Assembly: GCF_009914755.1 (NCBI RefSeq)
Contig: NC_060927.1
Strand: one strand, 5' to 3'
Source: the human T2T-CHM13v2.0 reference genome, Homo sapiens
Length of the DNA stretch: 64,000 nucleotides
The stretch's first letter is position 1. Each line of letters begins with the position of its first letter. The notes below the pieces were generated by a model. It made no database searches, was not told the origin of the DNA, and saw only the letters and a program-made list of their open reading frames with translations. This document shows, one piece after another, positions 11,376-26,290 of this stretch. The position numbers were made by a program, and so were the translations under genes.

Positions 11376-12554
11376 CCTATCTCCCATACACAATTTTCCC
11401 TGGTGAAGGCCAAGGATATACATATATCTATATCTATATACATAGATATATATATCCTTTATATATATATTCATATATACACATATGTGGCTTTCAAATA
11501 TATATATTCACTCATTATCCAGTCAGCATAACCATATGCAATGACAGATGCTAAGAACACAAGATAACATCAGAGTTTAACAATACCATGGTCTACTTCA
11601 CTAAATCTGCCTAATTTGAATTTTTAAATAGCTTTTTATTATGTTTTGACAACTAACATGGGATATTCTTTTTATTCAAATAAAATAACATTCTTTCTCA
11701 AAATCATTTTAAAGAATGTTTAAATTCTTTATTCTAAATTCTGGCTTGTCTACACAGTGTTTTTCAGGTAAATCAGCTGTTTAATCACTGCATACAATGT
11801 CACTCTCCTGTGCTTTCCAGCCAAGGCACCTGCTGCTTATCTTGTCTGGGACATCCTTCTTCTTACTTTTCCTTCTTTCTTGAAAAACAGATCCTTTATT
11901 TTCGGGTCAAGCCCTATCTACTTGTGTCATACTGTTCAAGTTCCATGGCTCAAGTGCTTACCACAGAGTAGGAGTCACAAAAAATATTGACTCATAGCTC
12001 CTGTATAATTCGTTTTCAGATCATTAGAAGCAGATCCCAACAATTTAATTCAACCTGTAAGTGCCTTTTAGCTTTCACACTTTTAACTTAGGAAATATTA
12101 GCATTTGTTTATAATTTTTACAAATTTCTGGACAGCAATTTTTTTAAGATTCCTTAAATTACTGCCAAACATCATATCAAATAAGAAAATAATATAATGT
12201 AATAAGAAGAGTATTCTACTACCAAGAGCGGGGGTTTTACATTTAATATTGTTATTAGCTCTTTATTAGATGTGCAGCATTCGAACTCAGAGTCCAGTTA
12301 AAATTGCCATTAAATAAACCTAACAATATAGATTTAAGTCAGAAATGATTATGGCTAAGTTCTCTAAAACTGTAACATAATATACAAATATTAGTATACA
12401 TAATCATTAAATTCTTTGAAGAGGAAACTGCTTTTTACCTATGTGTTATATTTAAAATTGCAAATGATGCTGCAGTACCTTCAATGATAACTGAAAGGAA
12501 AATATGTGTAAATTAAGAGAATGTCTATATTATGAAATAGTTTCAAAGAAATAA

Positions 12555-13370
12555 TTCATTCATTAAATATTTGTTGAGTGCCTACCACACTGCAGGCATA
12601 ATTCTAGGTGGTAGGCACACAGCAGTGAACAAAACTACACTCCTACCCTCATGAAGTTTACATTGCAGATAAGTAGAAAATAAATAAACATATAATCAAT
12701 GATGATCAATATTACATAGACAAATGAACTAGCTTCACAAAACTGGAGAGTGCAACTCAGCTTTTACTATTTTACAAAGGGCTATCAATGTAAGTAACAT
12801 TTGAGTTGATATTTACTGATATGAGGAAACTGTGAGGGAAGACTATTTATTGGAAAAAGATTAAGGGCTTAATTTTGAACACATTAAAATAGTGATGCCT
12901 ATTAGACATCCAATAAAGGTGTTGAGTAGGTAGATTGAGCCAAAACTTCAGGGGAGAGGTATAAGGTGGATATGTAAATTAGGGGATGATCAATATAGAT
13001 AGGGTCTTTAAAGCCAACAGAGGGGTTGAGATTGCTAAAGAGTAAGTATAGATGGACAAGATTAGAGCCCTGTGGCATTCCAACATTAAGAGGTCAATAC
13101 AGAAAACCAGCAAAGAACAGAGAAGAAACAGATATCAATGTCAAATGAAATCAAGAAATCATAGTGTCCCAGAGGAAGCCAGCTGAATGAAGAAAGTCAT
13201 AGATAAGGGGAGGGATACTGTACTATAAAATATTCCTAATACATTAAGAACTGAGAATTGACCATTGTATATGAGAATGTGGAAGTCACTGGTTGACCTT
13301 GACAGAAACAGTTCCTGGATAGTAGTGGAGACCCAAGACTGAATGGAGAGAATTCAAGAGAGAATGGGAA
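12555..13370 (-). mobile_element. L2 fragment (continues at about 15325-15700 after nested insertions)
   Basis: ttcattcatt.aatatttgttgagtgcctac and agaactgagaattgaccattg motifs. Confidence 0.7.
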
Positions 13371-14440
13371 TCCAGTGATTCCAGTTCTAGGTATACACCC
13401 AAAAGAACTGAAAGCAGGGTCTTAAAGAGGTATTTGTACACTCATGTTCATAGCAGCATTACTCACAATAGCCAAAAGGGGGAAGCAACCCAAGTGTCCA
13501 CTAATGGATGAATAGTTAAACAAAATATGGCACATACATACAAAGGAATATTATTCAGCCTTAAAAAATAAAGAAATTCTATAAATCATGCTGCTATAAA
13601 GACACATGCACACGTATGTTTATTGCGGCACTATTCACAATAGCAAAGACTTGGAACCAACCCAAATGTCCAACAATGATAGACTGGATTAAGAAAATGT
13701 GGCACATATACACCATGGAATACTATGCAGCCATAAAAAATGATGAGTTCATGTCCTTTGTAGGGACATGGATGAAACTGGAAATCATCATTCTCAGTAA
13801 ACTATTGCAAGAACAAAAAACCAAACACCGCATATTCTCACTCATAGGTGGGAATTGAACAATGAATACACATGGACACAAGAAGGGGAACATCACACTC
13901 TGGGGACTGTTGTTGAGGGGGGAGGGATAGCTTTAGGAGATATACCTAATGCTAAATGACGAGTTAATGGGTGCAGCACACCAGCATGGCACATGTATAC
14001 ATATGTAACTAACCTGCACATTGTGCACATGTACCCTAAAACTTAAAGTATAATAATAATAAAATAAAATAAAGTAAAATAAAAAAATAATAAAAAAAGA
14101 AATCCTATCATTCCACAATATGAATAAGCCTTGAGGATACTATGCTAAGCGAAATAAGCCAGTAACTAAAAGGCAAATAGTGTATGATTTTACTTATATG
14201 AGGTAGAGTAGTCAAATTCTCAGAGACGGAAAGTAAAATACTATTTACTAGGGGATGGGGGGAATGGGGATGGGGAAGTGATTGTTTAATGGATACAGAG
14301 TTTCAGTTTTGCAAGATGAAAACAGTTCTGTGAATGAAGCATAGCAATGTTAATATACTTAATGCTACTAAACTGTATACTTAAAATAGCTAAGTTGACA
14401 CATTTTATGTTATATGTATTTCACTATAATTTTTTAAATG
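13370..14440 (+). mobile_element. L1MB 3' portion split by an L1PA insertion
   Basis: L1MB ORF2-end/3' UTR sequence at 13370-13580 resumes at 14100-14440. Confidence 0.8.
13583..14095 (+). mobile_element. 5'-truncated young L1PA (L1PA3-like) with poly(A) tail and TSD
   Basis: Encodes the ORF2 C-terminus ...IFSLIGGN; 3' UTR ctaatgctaaatgacgagttaatgggtgcagcacaccagc; TSD AAAGAAATTCTAT (13570-13582) / AAAGAAATCCTAT (14096-14108). Confidence 0.93.
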
Positions 14441-14541
14441 TTCATGAAATTGGTACCAATGAGAAGTTAAAGAGCAGTCAGAAGTCATAATTTTCTGTAA
14501 TTTTTTCATTTCACATTATAGCTTTTAAGAGAGGATATATA

Positions 14542-15322
<781 letters not shown>

Positions 15323-15752
15323 AGACAATGGGAGGATAGAATATGATGACAGCAAGTATAGACAACTCTTCAGAAGAGTTTTACAATAATGGGGTGCAGG
15401 CTTGGAGGTCAAAAAGAATTGTTGTTGTAGTTTTGGTTTGGTTTTGGTTTTGGATGGGATATACTGCAACATGTTTGTGTGCTAATAGGTATGACTCAAA
15501 GGAGCGGAGACAAGGTCTAAGCTGATGTCTTTAAACAAGAATGAGAAGATGAGATTCAGAGAATAAGTACAGGTATTGACTGTCCCCAGCAGCATGCATG
15601 CTCAACCCACAGTAACAGTAATGAAGAAAAAGTATATGGCTACCAAGCAAGTTAAGTTGGGAGAGGTGTATGAGGCCATGTGAAAGTTCTATTCTAACTG
15701 CTTAATATACCTACTATACAGTATATGTATATATACTATATAACGTACATAC

Positions 15753-15862
15753 CAGTAGAGCAGCTTTGTTCTCACACTGTCCACAAACTTTCCCATTTAT
15801 CTTGGGTTTTTCACATTCTGAAGAATTTGCCATTTTATAATTAACTGTTGGTTTCACTGGCT
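15753..15862 (-). CDS. ZBBX: ZBBX coding exon 5 (110 nt; [37 protein letters not shown]), first CxxC of the B-box
   Basis: Acceptor ttttttatcttgcag|, donor CTG|GTATGT; lies inside ORF-track entry 15714..16016. Confidence 0.95.
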
Positions 15863-16557
15863 CTGCAAGATAAAAAATAATATTACTCCAATCATTTAAA
15901 AATATGTTAAATTTTCCAATTGATAAATTAATGACACTATGCATACTTCCCATCTCTGTATCAAACTGAAGCCCACATAGAACAAATTCTAAACATTTAT
16001 AATTATATATATTCATAATAAATATATGTATATAAATATATATTATATATATTTCTGAATTTTTTCTACCAAACTATATTAATCATGCAACATTTGTGTT
16101 TACTATCCTCCAGAAAAACATCTTATTTCCTTGGGAATTATTATAAATTCAAATTATATTTTTGGTTTTGCTATTATTAAATAATTTATTAAAATATAAA
16201 GCAATTTTTCTATTTTTAAAAATTTTCTAGAGTGAAATTTTAATTTATAATTTACACTGCTAAATTATCTTCCTTATTAAAACATTACATCAATAAAATT
16301 TAAGGAACAGTGCTGTAAAAGTCCTCACTTTTGAAAAATACTATTACTATAATCATGTACTAAGTTTACATTTTTTGACACAAAAGCCCCCCTAACCACC
16401 CGAATAAAATTTATGTTGAAAATCAATGTGTCATGATTTGGGGGTTTAGAATCTTTATACTGCCCGGACAATTCTAAAACTTTAACTTTATTTGTAATTA
16501 CAATGTAAAAGAAAGGGATGTCTTTAGCATTTATTAACATGGTGATAAATTATTTAC

Positions 16558-16606
16558 CTTGAATCTGTTCCTTCAGCAATTTTAATTTCACTTTTCCAGC
16601 AGAAAA
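16558..16606 (-). CDS. ZBBX: ZBBX coding exon 4 (49 nt; FSAGKVKLKLLKEQIQ)
   Basis: Acceptor atacag|, donor AAG|GTAAAT; frame preserved. Confidence 0.93.
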
Positions 16607-18004
16607 CTGTATTAATAAAATAGATACTATTTGTCAGGTATATATTATCTTATTCAACGAAAGTTGCCAACAAAAATATTAGAAAGCTGTAGCTTTGGTG
16701 CTTTTCGAACAAAAATTTATTTTTAAAGAATAATATAAAATTAATAGGAGATCATCATTAAAGCATATATGTACCTTTTAATTAATCTAATAGAAATTCA
16801 TAAAAAAGAAAATAAATTTTAAAAATATATCTAAACCAGTTTTTGAAAACATAATTTGGCTTTTAAACAAAAACCATTATATCTCATTATGAAATTATTT
16901 GCTAGTATTCAAATATTGTAAAGGTTTAATACATCTTTTCTATTTCTGCTCTTTCTGAGACACACAGTCTAATATTTGTGTAAGCTGAATCTAAACTGAA
17001 TTGTGACTAAGCTATTCTGCTTACACTACTATAGAAACCCATATTATTTTATTTGCCCAATTTAGAGAACTGCATGTGTAAGCATCACAGACTTATCCTT
17101 CAAAAGTATTATTTGTGATCACTGACTTTCCTAAATATTAGCCAAAAAAAATGAATAAATAAGATTCACTGCTAGATATTTCAAATAAATCATCACTTAA
17201 AATTTTGGGATTTTAATATTTTAGGAAGTAAAATACTCTTGCCAATTGAACATGCTTGCCTTGATCTTATTAAAACCAACATTTAAAGTACACAAACGAG
17301 AATGAAGGATGGTGTGCATTTATATAGATACTGTCAATTCAGGCCTAGTTTTCAATTTGCAATTTGCATGCTCAATTGCTCAATTTGTACATGAGAATCT
17401 GAGAACAATGACTGCCTCTATATCTATGGCTGTAGCAACTGCAGTCATCTGAAAATGTAGGCCTAATTATTCTCAGTGAATCTAGTGGTTTTGCTTCAAA
17501 GGGGCAGTTATTTTTCACATTCTTCAAAGTAACTGCTCAGATGCTATGTACTAAACACAGCAGAAAAGAAAATAAGATTGAAATCATCAATTTTTCTATG
17601 AACCACACTTTTATTTTTAAATTGCTAATGTTATACAAGTTACAGATAATCTAATCTCATTTTTCATAACCAAATTATCCAGTATGACTACCTTAATGAT
17701 ACATCTGAATTGAAACATGATCAGTGTGGTTGTAGGCTACCCTGGATGGAATGGATAGATATGCCCAAGCAAAATGAACCCATTATTAGGGAAATTGTAT
17801 AATTTGTTTTTATTATTATGAATAATATTGTTCTGCTCTATGAATACAGCCATATTTATTTCAAGTGATTCAAACTGCATAAAAATATTTCAGTGAACAA
17901 ACCTCTAGCTGCTATTTTTAGACAAATAGAATTTCCTCATAGGTCTGATTTTTATCTGTTAGGGAAAGGGTTGGAGGTAGGGTTGAACCAAGGATACACA
18001 TGCT

Positions 18005-18120
18005 TACACAAACACACATATACACATATATGCGCATGTACATATACATATATAATACATGCATATGTATATATACATATAGATAGAAAGATGGATATCT
18101 GCATATGTTTGTATATACAA
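18005..18120. repeat. (CA/TA)-rich low-complexity tract
   Basis: Alternating purine-pyrimidine dinucleotides. Confidence 0.8.
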
Positions 18121-19943
18121 ATGTCAGGAACTTAATATACTAAAGCCTATGCCTTATTAACATGCTGACTCCTCCACCAGTAGGTATTGAAGGGGTGCTA
18201 TCAGGGGCCAGGAAAGCTTAGTGGATTTACCACACAGACATATTATCTATGCCACTGGGGTCAGAATATGCTGTCATCATCAGCCTCCCTGGCATTCACA
18301 AATACCTCCGAACTCCCACCAATGCCTTCATCTGCCACACTGAGCCCAAACTTCTCCTACAGTCATCTTTCAGACGTTCTCACTGTCAACCCAGTTAGCT
18401 ACTGAAACTTCGCAATTCTGTACTAATTGTCCTTCCTTCCAAGCCCCCACTGCCATTCCGTGGATCTTCTATTAAATAGTCATTTATGTATCTTATGCTT
18501 TAAACCTTTCCCAAAAATGTTTCATCAAAAGTTTACATCAACTGAAAGCCACCTTTGCTTAGACACAATCTTCACCAAAGCACTTCCCACAGGACCTAGC
18601 CCCTTTCCACTTCCTTTCACATACCAGGAAAGAGAAAATTTTTCTATTTGCTCTTCAGTGCTGTTTCCAGAATATTATTGTGCTATCATGATTCAGCAAA
18701 GGTGCCTCTACTATAGGTCCCCACCATCCACTTATTGCTTGTGTCAATATCTAGGGTCTCTTCCACCTGAACTTCAGCAACCTGCTCGGTATTTCTCTCC
18801 ATCACATTTCTGCTTGACAGTCTTAGAGACTTCAATGCACATGTTCACCTGACATCCTGGTTTGAAGACCCTCCAACATGCTGGCTACTGTGAACATCTA
18901 AATGCCTCTTCAGCCACCTCACCATTATAACCAAATCTGGCATGTAAGCAGCATTCTGAATAGCCACACCTTCAAAATCTCAGACTCTAAAGTTTTTCAG
19001 TGCCAACCTCAATCACCTTATCTCTTCCTTCTGATGCCTCCAATATCTATGTACCACTGTGATAAAAATAATACTATAGAGCCTCCTACAAATCCATGCT
19101 GATCAGCCTCAATGGGCTATATGGCTCTTTGGCAATCCATTTACTCATTTGCTGCTAATCCCCAACCACAATTCCCACAGTGGCTACTCCAAACCTCTTC
19201 ATTCCCAAGAACTCAAATTCATCCCATTTCCCTTAATTCACCTGAGCAGACGATATTGTCTTCAACTGTCCTAAGAAAGTTGAGGTCTTCCCATTAAAAT
19301 CTTTCAGTGTCCCACCTCACCACTTGTCAAAAACAATCTCTAAAATTTATTTTCATTGCCACCTGTTTTTTCTTCCACCTTTCTTGTCTCACACACACAC
19401 AAAAAATATGTCTTCCTTTCCTTGGTGAAGGCCTCTTTAATGGACTACCTCTTCAAAGACCACACACCCAGCAACTGGCACCTCTTTCATCTACATTTTG
19501 ACTCTTTCCTCTACTAGGATGTCCATCTTTCATTCTACAAACTGGCCCACATCATCTTGACAATTCTAGAAAAGAATATAATAAAGTCTTTCCTTGATTC
19601 TATTAAACCCTTGAAAGGTCACCAACTGCTTTCATGCTGGCTGCAACAATAGTCTTTACTCATTGCTTCCCACCGTTTTCTTTTCAACCAATTGAAATCT
19701 ACTCTCTTATTTAATATTGACACAATCATCAAATTTAGGTCTTTTAAATATTTTCATTATCCAGAAATAGACATTTTAATGTAATGTTTAGGTATCATTA
19801 CAAAGTGGTTTCACATATTTCAAGAGTTTTTGACATTGCTCAAAAGCTCTTTGAAGTGGTTAGTAGGTATTATTATGCAAGTTTACAAGTGTAGTAATAG
19901 AGGCTTGGAAAGGTTAAGTGAATGTTAATCTATATAATCTAAT

Positions 19944-20198
19944 ACAGAGTTTCTAGACCTCAGCATCACTGACATTTGGGGCCGAATAATTCTTTGTTGT
20001 GGGGATTGTCAAGTGCATTGTATGATGTTTAGCAGCACCCCTGGCCCTTACTCACTATATATCTTTAGCAAAAAAAAAAAATACGCAAAAACAACAACAA
20101 CAACAAAAATATACCTCTCAATGTTAACAACTGAAAATGTCTCCAGACTTTGTCAAATGTCTCCTGGGAAGCAAAATTGCCCCCTTCAGAAACACTAG
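19944..20198 (-). mobile_element. MER20 (hAT-Charlie) with an internal A-rich expansion
   Basis: gacatttggggcc.ataattctttgttgtgggg...aaaatgtctccagac...gcaaaattgcccc. Confidence 0.85.
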
Positions 20199-21767
20199 TC
20201 TAAATAGATACTCAAAACTTTTTTCACTACACAATATATTGGACATTATTGACTTCATATTTTCCAAAAATGTTCTCCTTTACTTTCGTCCTTATAACAT
20301 TGAACTACTTCGATTTTACTTCGCCATTCTTTTTCTTCTCAATCTCTCTTCACTAGAGAGCTGGCAAATTATCTTAGACAAGCCTGAGAGCTTACATGTC
20401 AAATCTTGGCCCTGACTTTTGACCTTGAGTGAGTTATTTAGTTTTTTTTATATTAAGTTATTTCATCTGTGAAACTGGAATAATAATAACATCCTCTTAG
20501 GAGTGATATAAGCACTTAATGAGATAAGAAAGGAAAAGAAGCGAAACTGTTGACTGGTATTAAAACTTATTGAGCTTATTGAGTGAATATTAAAGTTCTC
20601 TTTGCCAATATAGTTTACACACTGGCTTTCTTTAAGCTTTATTCTTTACACCTCTCTATGTTTTACAAATCCTAGGGAGTACATTTACTCCCTTAACTTC
20701 AACTATCACTTGAAAATTCAAACAAAACTCTAAATGTATACCCCGTACTTTTCTAAGTCCTTTCTTTATGCTGTCTCTTAGTCAATCCAGCCTGTAATAT
20801 CAATTATATGTTTGACTTCCTCCTCTCCTTTCTCACTGTTTTATGGTTCCATATTTTTCTTTATATATGTTTTCCTACCCTTTTAATTCAGCCTCCTTTC
20901 ATCTGACCTCTAGATTATTTTAATAGTCTTACAAATAGCCTGTTTCTAGTGAGATAAGTTTTTTTTAAACGTTGGGGTCAAAACTTTTATAATTGATTTT
21001 TCCCTAAGATAGGGAATGACACCAGAGAATAAAACGCTTTCTCAAAGCCAAAAACTTTAGAAGCGCCAAGTAAGATCTTTGTGGATTCCAACTGACCCAA
21101 TGAAAGTTTAATGATAGGTACGTAAAAAATAAAAACTGTGTAAGCTAATACTTACAAAGTCACGAATCTTGCACTAAAGAATCCAGAAGCAAAATTGTTT
21201 TCTTTATGTAAAGACACTTATCTGATTTTCATCTTAAATATAATATTATATTTTATAGCACACAGTAAAGGAGCAGCAATTCTATAGCTGGGAAACTGAA
21301 AAGTATTTTTTTCTTGAGTATCTTTACACATGGAATCAACAGTATATGAATAATAAATTATTATTGAAGCAGAATATAAAACATTAAACTAATGTGATAT
21401 AAAAGTAGGAATAAAGTCTCTCATTTGTTATATTAAATAACAATAGCTTTCACCTTAGTTTAGAAGTATTTAGTTCTATTTTATATACTTTAAACCAGAT
21501 CCACACTGAATGGAAAAATTCAGTTTGGGATGTGGGAAAATTCACTGCAAGGTAAAATTTTGAAATCAGTTTGTAGCTGAAAAACAAAAACATAATTGAA
21601 TAATGAAAGTTGCATATTACCCTGCAAAATAAATCAACAAGTGAATAATATGCAAAGTTGTTAAAATAAGAAGAGTATATTCCTGAGTATAGAAGAAAAT
21701 GCAAGACCTAAAAAAGAATATCTTCTTGCTTAGCAAAATGCATAAGAATCAAATAGTATCTTCTTAC

Positions 21768-21858
21768 CTTAACAACATTTCCTTTATTTTGTGACATCAT
21801 ATATGATTGATTGACCAATTTGCCCACTTTTCCAGATTTCCAGTAATACTCGCTTGAC
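21768..21858 (-). CDS. ZBBX: ZBBX coding exon 3 (91 nt; [30 protein letters not shown])
   Basis: Weak acceptor tatatattaaag|, donor AAG|GTAAGA; frame preserved. Confidence 0.93.
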
Positions 21859-23840
21859 CTTTAATATATATAAACAAGATAAAATGTAATCACTAAACAC
21901 ATTTCTCCCTTTAATGAAAAGAAATACAGTGTTCCTGTTTCAGAAAATGGAAATTCAGTTGTTAACATGCAGTAAACAAGCAAAACATGAAAAATAAATA
22001 TCAATAATGTCACAATATCCTCAGTAATTTTAAAATGTAGCTTTATCATATTTATGACCTTTGTGGAGAAATGAATAAAATGAAATGTCCAAACACAAAT
22101 GAAGAATTCTATTTCCTTGATATTCACAATGACTAAAGATAGCTTTATTGATTTGTAGGAAACTTTACAGGTCTTTATGAAATTTTAAAAGCTAAATGTC
22201 CACAAATGTAAAGAAGAAAAGCAAGCAAACCAATACCCCAAAATATTCAGTGGATCTAGTAAGTGATGAATTCCTTGTTAAAACCTCTAATGATCTCCCA
22301 CATTGAAACATAACAGAGATTACAAAGAAGGCATACTTTAGCTGTACAGTTTTTAAAGCACTTGAGCTTTGTTTACTTGAGCATAACAAAATATTTTTGA
22401 AGTTATCAAGGCAGAGAGTCCAATTATCATTAAAAAATAACAATAAGACAAAAAGTTGCCCAACATCACACAGAATAAATAATTAAGATTGGAGCACTAG
22501 ACTTCTATTTTCCTGGCTAGTGAGTGGCAGGTTCTCATTCTGGCTATGACATTTAATATCTGTGTGACCTCAGAAAACAATGTAACTATTCTGAAAACTC
22601 AGTCAAGCTTTAGAATGTTAAGAATCATCTAGAAAAGCTTCCACAGCTAAGAAAAACTCACTATCAGGGCTGATTCCAGCAACTCCGATTCTCAGATGAG
22701 TATCATGATCCATTTAGAAGTCCAAACTAAGTCCAAATCAGTGAAGGTAAAAGAATTGGCCACTGGGTCATTAAAAGCAGCAAGACACATAATAAACTTT
22801 GTCATCCTGGATGACATACAACATGAGATGCTCTGATTAAACCAATGCTCTATTAGAGGGGGTATGTATATAAGTTATGCATATTTTTCAAAGAAATGGA
22901 CTCTAAAGATAAATACTACTGAAAGTATAATGAACACATTTGAATTGTCATTAAACGTTAAGAAGGTACTTCTAGGTATTTGATGGTCATCACTTTGAGG
23001 ACTAAACAAAAGTTAATTTAATATACAAACAGTTTGGTGATATTTAGTACCAGCAAACGGACATGAAACATGCACTCTCATACACTGTAGGAAAAGATTA
23101 TGAACTTTTGACACCTATTTGGAAGACAATTTCTCAATGTCTATCACAATGTAAAATGCAAATAACACATTGACCTAAAATTACAGAGGTAGGAATTTAT
23201 CCCACAAATAGCTTTGCATATGTAAGCGAAAATACATGAAGAAGCATGTTCATGGCAGCATTTATAATCATAAGATACTAAAAACATAATAAAGATCTGA
23301 AAAATAAATGCTATTATATCCACACAAAAAATACTACGTAGCCACTAAGAAAATTAGGCTAATTTTCTTATCACATCAATGCATTCTGATGTGATAGGAG
23401 CATTAAGATATATTAAGTAAAATAGTAGGACATGAATTAATTCCCATATTTTTAGATGAACTCATTTGTAAAAAAAAAAAAGTAAACGATACAATATATG
23501 CAACAGATATACTCACTGAAAACAAAATACATTCACACACATGTATATACGTATACTTACACAAAGATAAGACATTTGTGGAGAAAATTTTTAGTCATTA
23601 AAATGGGTGCTAGAAAATGGGCTGGGAGTTAGCCTAGAGCTAAGAAGAGAGAATTTCCATCACATAATTATTAGTTCTGTTTGTTATCATTTATATTATT
23701 TTATAACAAAACAACAAATTCAGTATAATTAGTACAAATATATAAGCATAATATTAGAAAGTTCTCATTAATAAAATTTCAGCTAACCAGCATTTGCTAA
23801 ATATATTTTAAATATACATAAGGGTTTGAGCAATTCTGAT

Positions 23841-23844
23841 TATA

Positions 23845-23877
<33 letters not shown>

Positions 23878-23880
23878 GTA
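23841..23880. repeat. (TA)n microsatellite
   Basis: Directly visible. Confidence 0.95.
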
Positions 23881-24338
23881 ATAGCATTTATTTTTCAGAT
23901 CTTCATTATGTATATATATGTGAACTCTTGCTCCCAAAAGCTTTTGAATACATAAAAATGGCTCTAAACATAAACTGGTGTTTATTTGTTATTGATGGCA
24001 ATTTTCTGAGAGCAAAAGGTAAAGTGTGCACTGCTGTCATAAACATTCCAGACCATAAATCAATGAGAAGCCAAAAGTTAAATAAAAAGGAAATAAGAAA
24101 GGATAAGACCCAATAATGTTCAGAAGAAACAAAAGTAATGGTAATTTTAAAAAGCAACATGTCTCATCTAAGTGGCACAAAAACAAAAAATAGAAGGCCT
24201 TTGCTATTGCTCGTTCATCAGGAAAAGTCAGAAATTATCCATCCATTAAATGTTTTTATTGGAATGACAACAGTATATAAAATAGTTCTTTATATAATTT
24301 AGTTGATTCATCTAAAATTCTCTAAGAGTTTCACTCAC

Positions 24339-24452
24339 TCTCTATCTTCCTTTTCTTTGTTTCTTGTGGATCGGAATTCTTGCAGTTTCTTCTCCATCTC
24401 TTGGTTCTCAAACTCTAACTGTACTTTCTCCATTCGCAGTTCTTGAGCATTT
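24339..24452 (-). CDS. ZBBX: ZBBX coding exon 2 (114 nt, phase 2-2; [37 protein letters not shown]), predicted coiled coil
   Basis: Acceptor ttcag|, donor GA|GTGAGT; frame continues from the previous exon. Confidence 0.95.
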
Positions 24453-25419
24453 CTGAAGACATAAGATTTAAATGGAGAAAGCAGAAAAACAAGCGAAGCC
24501 AAAATAATTTTATATAATCTTTTCCTGTTAAATTAGAATCATGAATAATAAATAAAATATTTTACCTATTTCTTTTGTACTTCTCCGAAATCTGGTTTTT
24601 AAAGTTAGCATTTGCCTTCCATCAAAATCCTGAAGCAAATTATCTCTTCAAATCTTAGACTTTTGTTTTAATTATTACATTGCTAGGGGTTCAAAATTAT
24701 AATTAACTTCATATATAAGGCATGTTTTTATATATGAACAAATATCTATGACATACAAACAGAAAACGAAATAAAAATATTGTCCAATTTTCATATTGTT
24801 TTGCCTCCAATGTAGTCAAGTAGTTTGAAGCACAGTATTTAAAACAATAGACGAAATATACATTTTTGCTGAACTGGTCACCTCCAAAATTTTAAATCTC
24901 TACCTTTATGTCATATATGTATGATGAGGAGGAAAAGGTAGTACCTGTTTGAGACCTATTAAGAATAAAGCCCCTATTAACAGTTTTGGTACGGGAGCTT
25001 CCTGTACAAGAGATTTTGATAACATCTGAAACTCACTAAGTTTTTGACAAAAGACATTTTCTTCATTTTACGAAGTCTGGTTATCAGTATTAGCCACCGA
25101 CTCTTTCTTTCATAGATCTAACCCAAACTAATTCTCTAGCTTTTACTATTGTAAGTCCAAATCTCTTCCTTCAATATTACATTAGTGTTTTACTACAATC
25201 AAGCAGTGTGGGCACCCACGCATGCTATGGCATGGAACAAAATCAAGGCATAATAAAGTTCATAAAGGAGAAATCTTTCTAGAGGTAGCAAGCAATTACC
25301 AAAAAGCAAGCGGGCCAAGGATATGTCCTAAGCGGACACAATCGAGGAAGATATACAGAAAGTGATAGGAAGGGCTGTCCAGAGGGTTCAGAGAAGCTGG
25401 CTAAGATACAGAAAGAGAG

Positions 25420-26290
25420 GCATTTATTTGCATTGTATCTACTCCACAATGAGTAATGCAGCTACTACCTCAAACAAACACTGCTAGGTGATAGGATGTG
25501 AAATACAATGGAGCTTCCAGTATTGAGAGGAATAGATGAGCATAAAGGTAATTGAAATATAGTGGAATAGTGCTGTCATTGGGGAAGTACAGGGGGCTAC
25601 CTGGGCACAAAGAAACAGCACATACCCCAGCCCTGTGAATGCAGGAACAGTTCCTGGAGAAGGTGAAGTATGAGCTGAAACCTAAAGGATGAAAGGACTT
25701 AGCCAGTCAAAGGGAAGTGCTGAGTGCAGTGTTCCAGAAAGAAAGGAGTGTGGACATAGGTAGCAAAGAGCAATGGGTGGGTCAAGGAACTAGAAGTTCT
25801 CTGTGACCAGACATTAAGTGCAGAATAGGAAAAGTAGCAAAAAATAAAACTGCTGAAGTGGATAGGATCATGAAGAGCCTTGTAAGCCATGATGAGAAAT
25901 TGGGATTTATATTGTATGAACAATGAGGATCATTAAAGGGTTTTAAGAGAATTGATCAGACTTACATTTAGAAAGATCACTCAGGCTGTATCAAAGGAAA
26001 TCAATTAGAGGGTGCAAGGCTAGAAGCAAGACAACCAATTAGTAGACTATTCCAGTAATCCAAATAATAGAGAATTTGGGCTAGTCTGACTGAGCAGGGG
26101 CAATGGAGAGAAAAATGGAGCTTTTGAGAAATTTAAGAAGATATAATTAACAAGTTGGAAACTGACCAGAAGTAGGTGACTGATTAGAGAGGGAACAAGG
26201 AAGAAATCTAAAATAATCCCATGTTTCTTATTTGAGCTGTCAGGAGGACAATGGTGTCTTTTCCTGAAACAGACCATTCTGAAATGGGCC
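25420..26290 (-). mobile_element. L2 fragment
   Basis: tgagctgaaacctaaaggatga, gccttgtaagccatg and ttagaaagatcactc motifs. Confidence 0.75.

Noticed and set aside
15714-16016. 100-aa single ORF ending ...[10 protein letters not shown]
   Set aside because: Only 15753-15862 is exonic; the VC after AALL is intronic GTATGT mimicking the next exon.
18187-19501. Run of consecutive plus-strand ORFs
   Set aside because: C/T-rich degenerate sequence consistent with an ancient L2 body; no splice-consistent gene structure.
21150-21230. Minus-strand donor-like TTT|GTAAGT at 21156
   Set aside because: No convincing upstream acceptor, and the reading frame is complete without it.
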